In this document: positions 63,822 through 64,000 of the stretch, piece after piece
How the letters are laid out: each line of letters opens with the position of its first letter
How positions within the stretch are numbered: position 1 is the stretch's first letter
Source of the DNA: Bugula neritina
Taxonomy: Eukaryota > Animalia > Bryozoa
NCBI GenBank assembly: GCA_964035545.1
Contig: OZ037772.1
Location: 6,494,889 to 6,558,888, forward strand
Direction: 5' to 3'
Length of the DNA stretch: 64,000 nt
Translations under genes and position numbers: made by a program
Notes under the pieces: model-generated
Databases searched by the model: none
The model's input: only the letters and a program-made list of their open reading frames with translations
What the model was told of the DNA's origin: nothing

Positions 63822-64000
63822 GACACCTATTCACTGCGTTTCCATTATCGCATTATGCGAATGGATTTTCTCATTCGCCTTATGGAAACAGTTGCATCGA
63901 AGAAAAACCGCAGCCGGAAATTACACCGAACGGCTCCTTCGATGAAAATTTTCCTTCGCATTATGCGTAGGATGGAAATGGTTCCTTCGGTTAAATCGAA
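63822..64000. repeat. End of an interspersed repeat running off the window
   Basis: CACTGCGTTTCCATTATCGCATTATGCGAATGG...GGAAACAGTTGCATCGAA; diverged copies at ~18115-18212 (-), ~32480-32582 (-) and ~32905-32975. Confidence 0.6.

Noticed and set aside
63734-63970. 78-aa ORF at the window end
   Set aside because: Lies in an interspersed repeat inside HAO-d intron 4; no recognisable protein motifs.

Overview
AT-rich, intron-rich animal (probably invertebrate) genomic DNA; no prokaryotic features or CRISPR. I spliced the genes by hand from GT/AG sites and reading-frame continuity. (1) 5' three coding exons of a CFAP77 orthologue (minus strand). (2) Head-to-head with it, a 15-exon, ~731-aa gene with an N-myristoylation motif, a KY/hillarin-type transglutaminase-like domain lacking the catalytic Cys, Ig-like repeats and a C-terminal domain resembling the dynein stalk microtubule-binding domain. 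(3) Two paralogous type II membrane proteins with a short-chain-collagen-C4-like C-terminal domain and no triple helix, part of a tandem duplication that also left a deleted pseudogene of gene 2. (4) An unrecognised single-coding-exon 6-TM gene. (5) A tandem cluster of FMN-dependent 2-hydroxy-acid oxidases: two complete copies, one pseudogene and one partial copy. The main non-coding signal is four different fold-back elements inserted in intronic (TA)n tracts of the oxidase genes. Each carries a pair of outward-facing minimal type I hammerhead ribozymes, and three share a covarying GCTC...GAGCAC hairpin; they look like Penelope-like pLTR or retrozyme-type insertions. Harbinger- and hAT-type MITEs and tRNA-derived SINEs are also present. 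Family assignments rest on motif recognition from memory, not on database searches.
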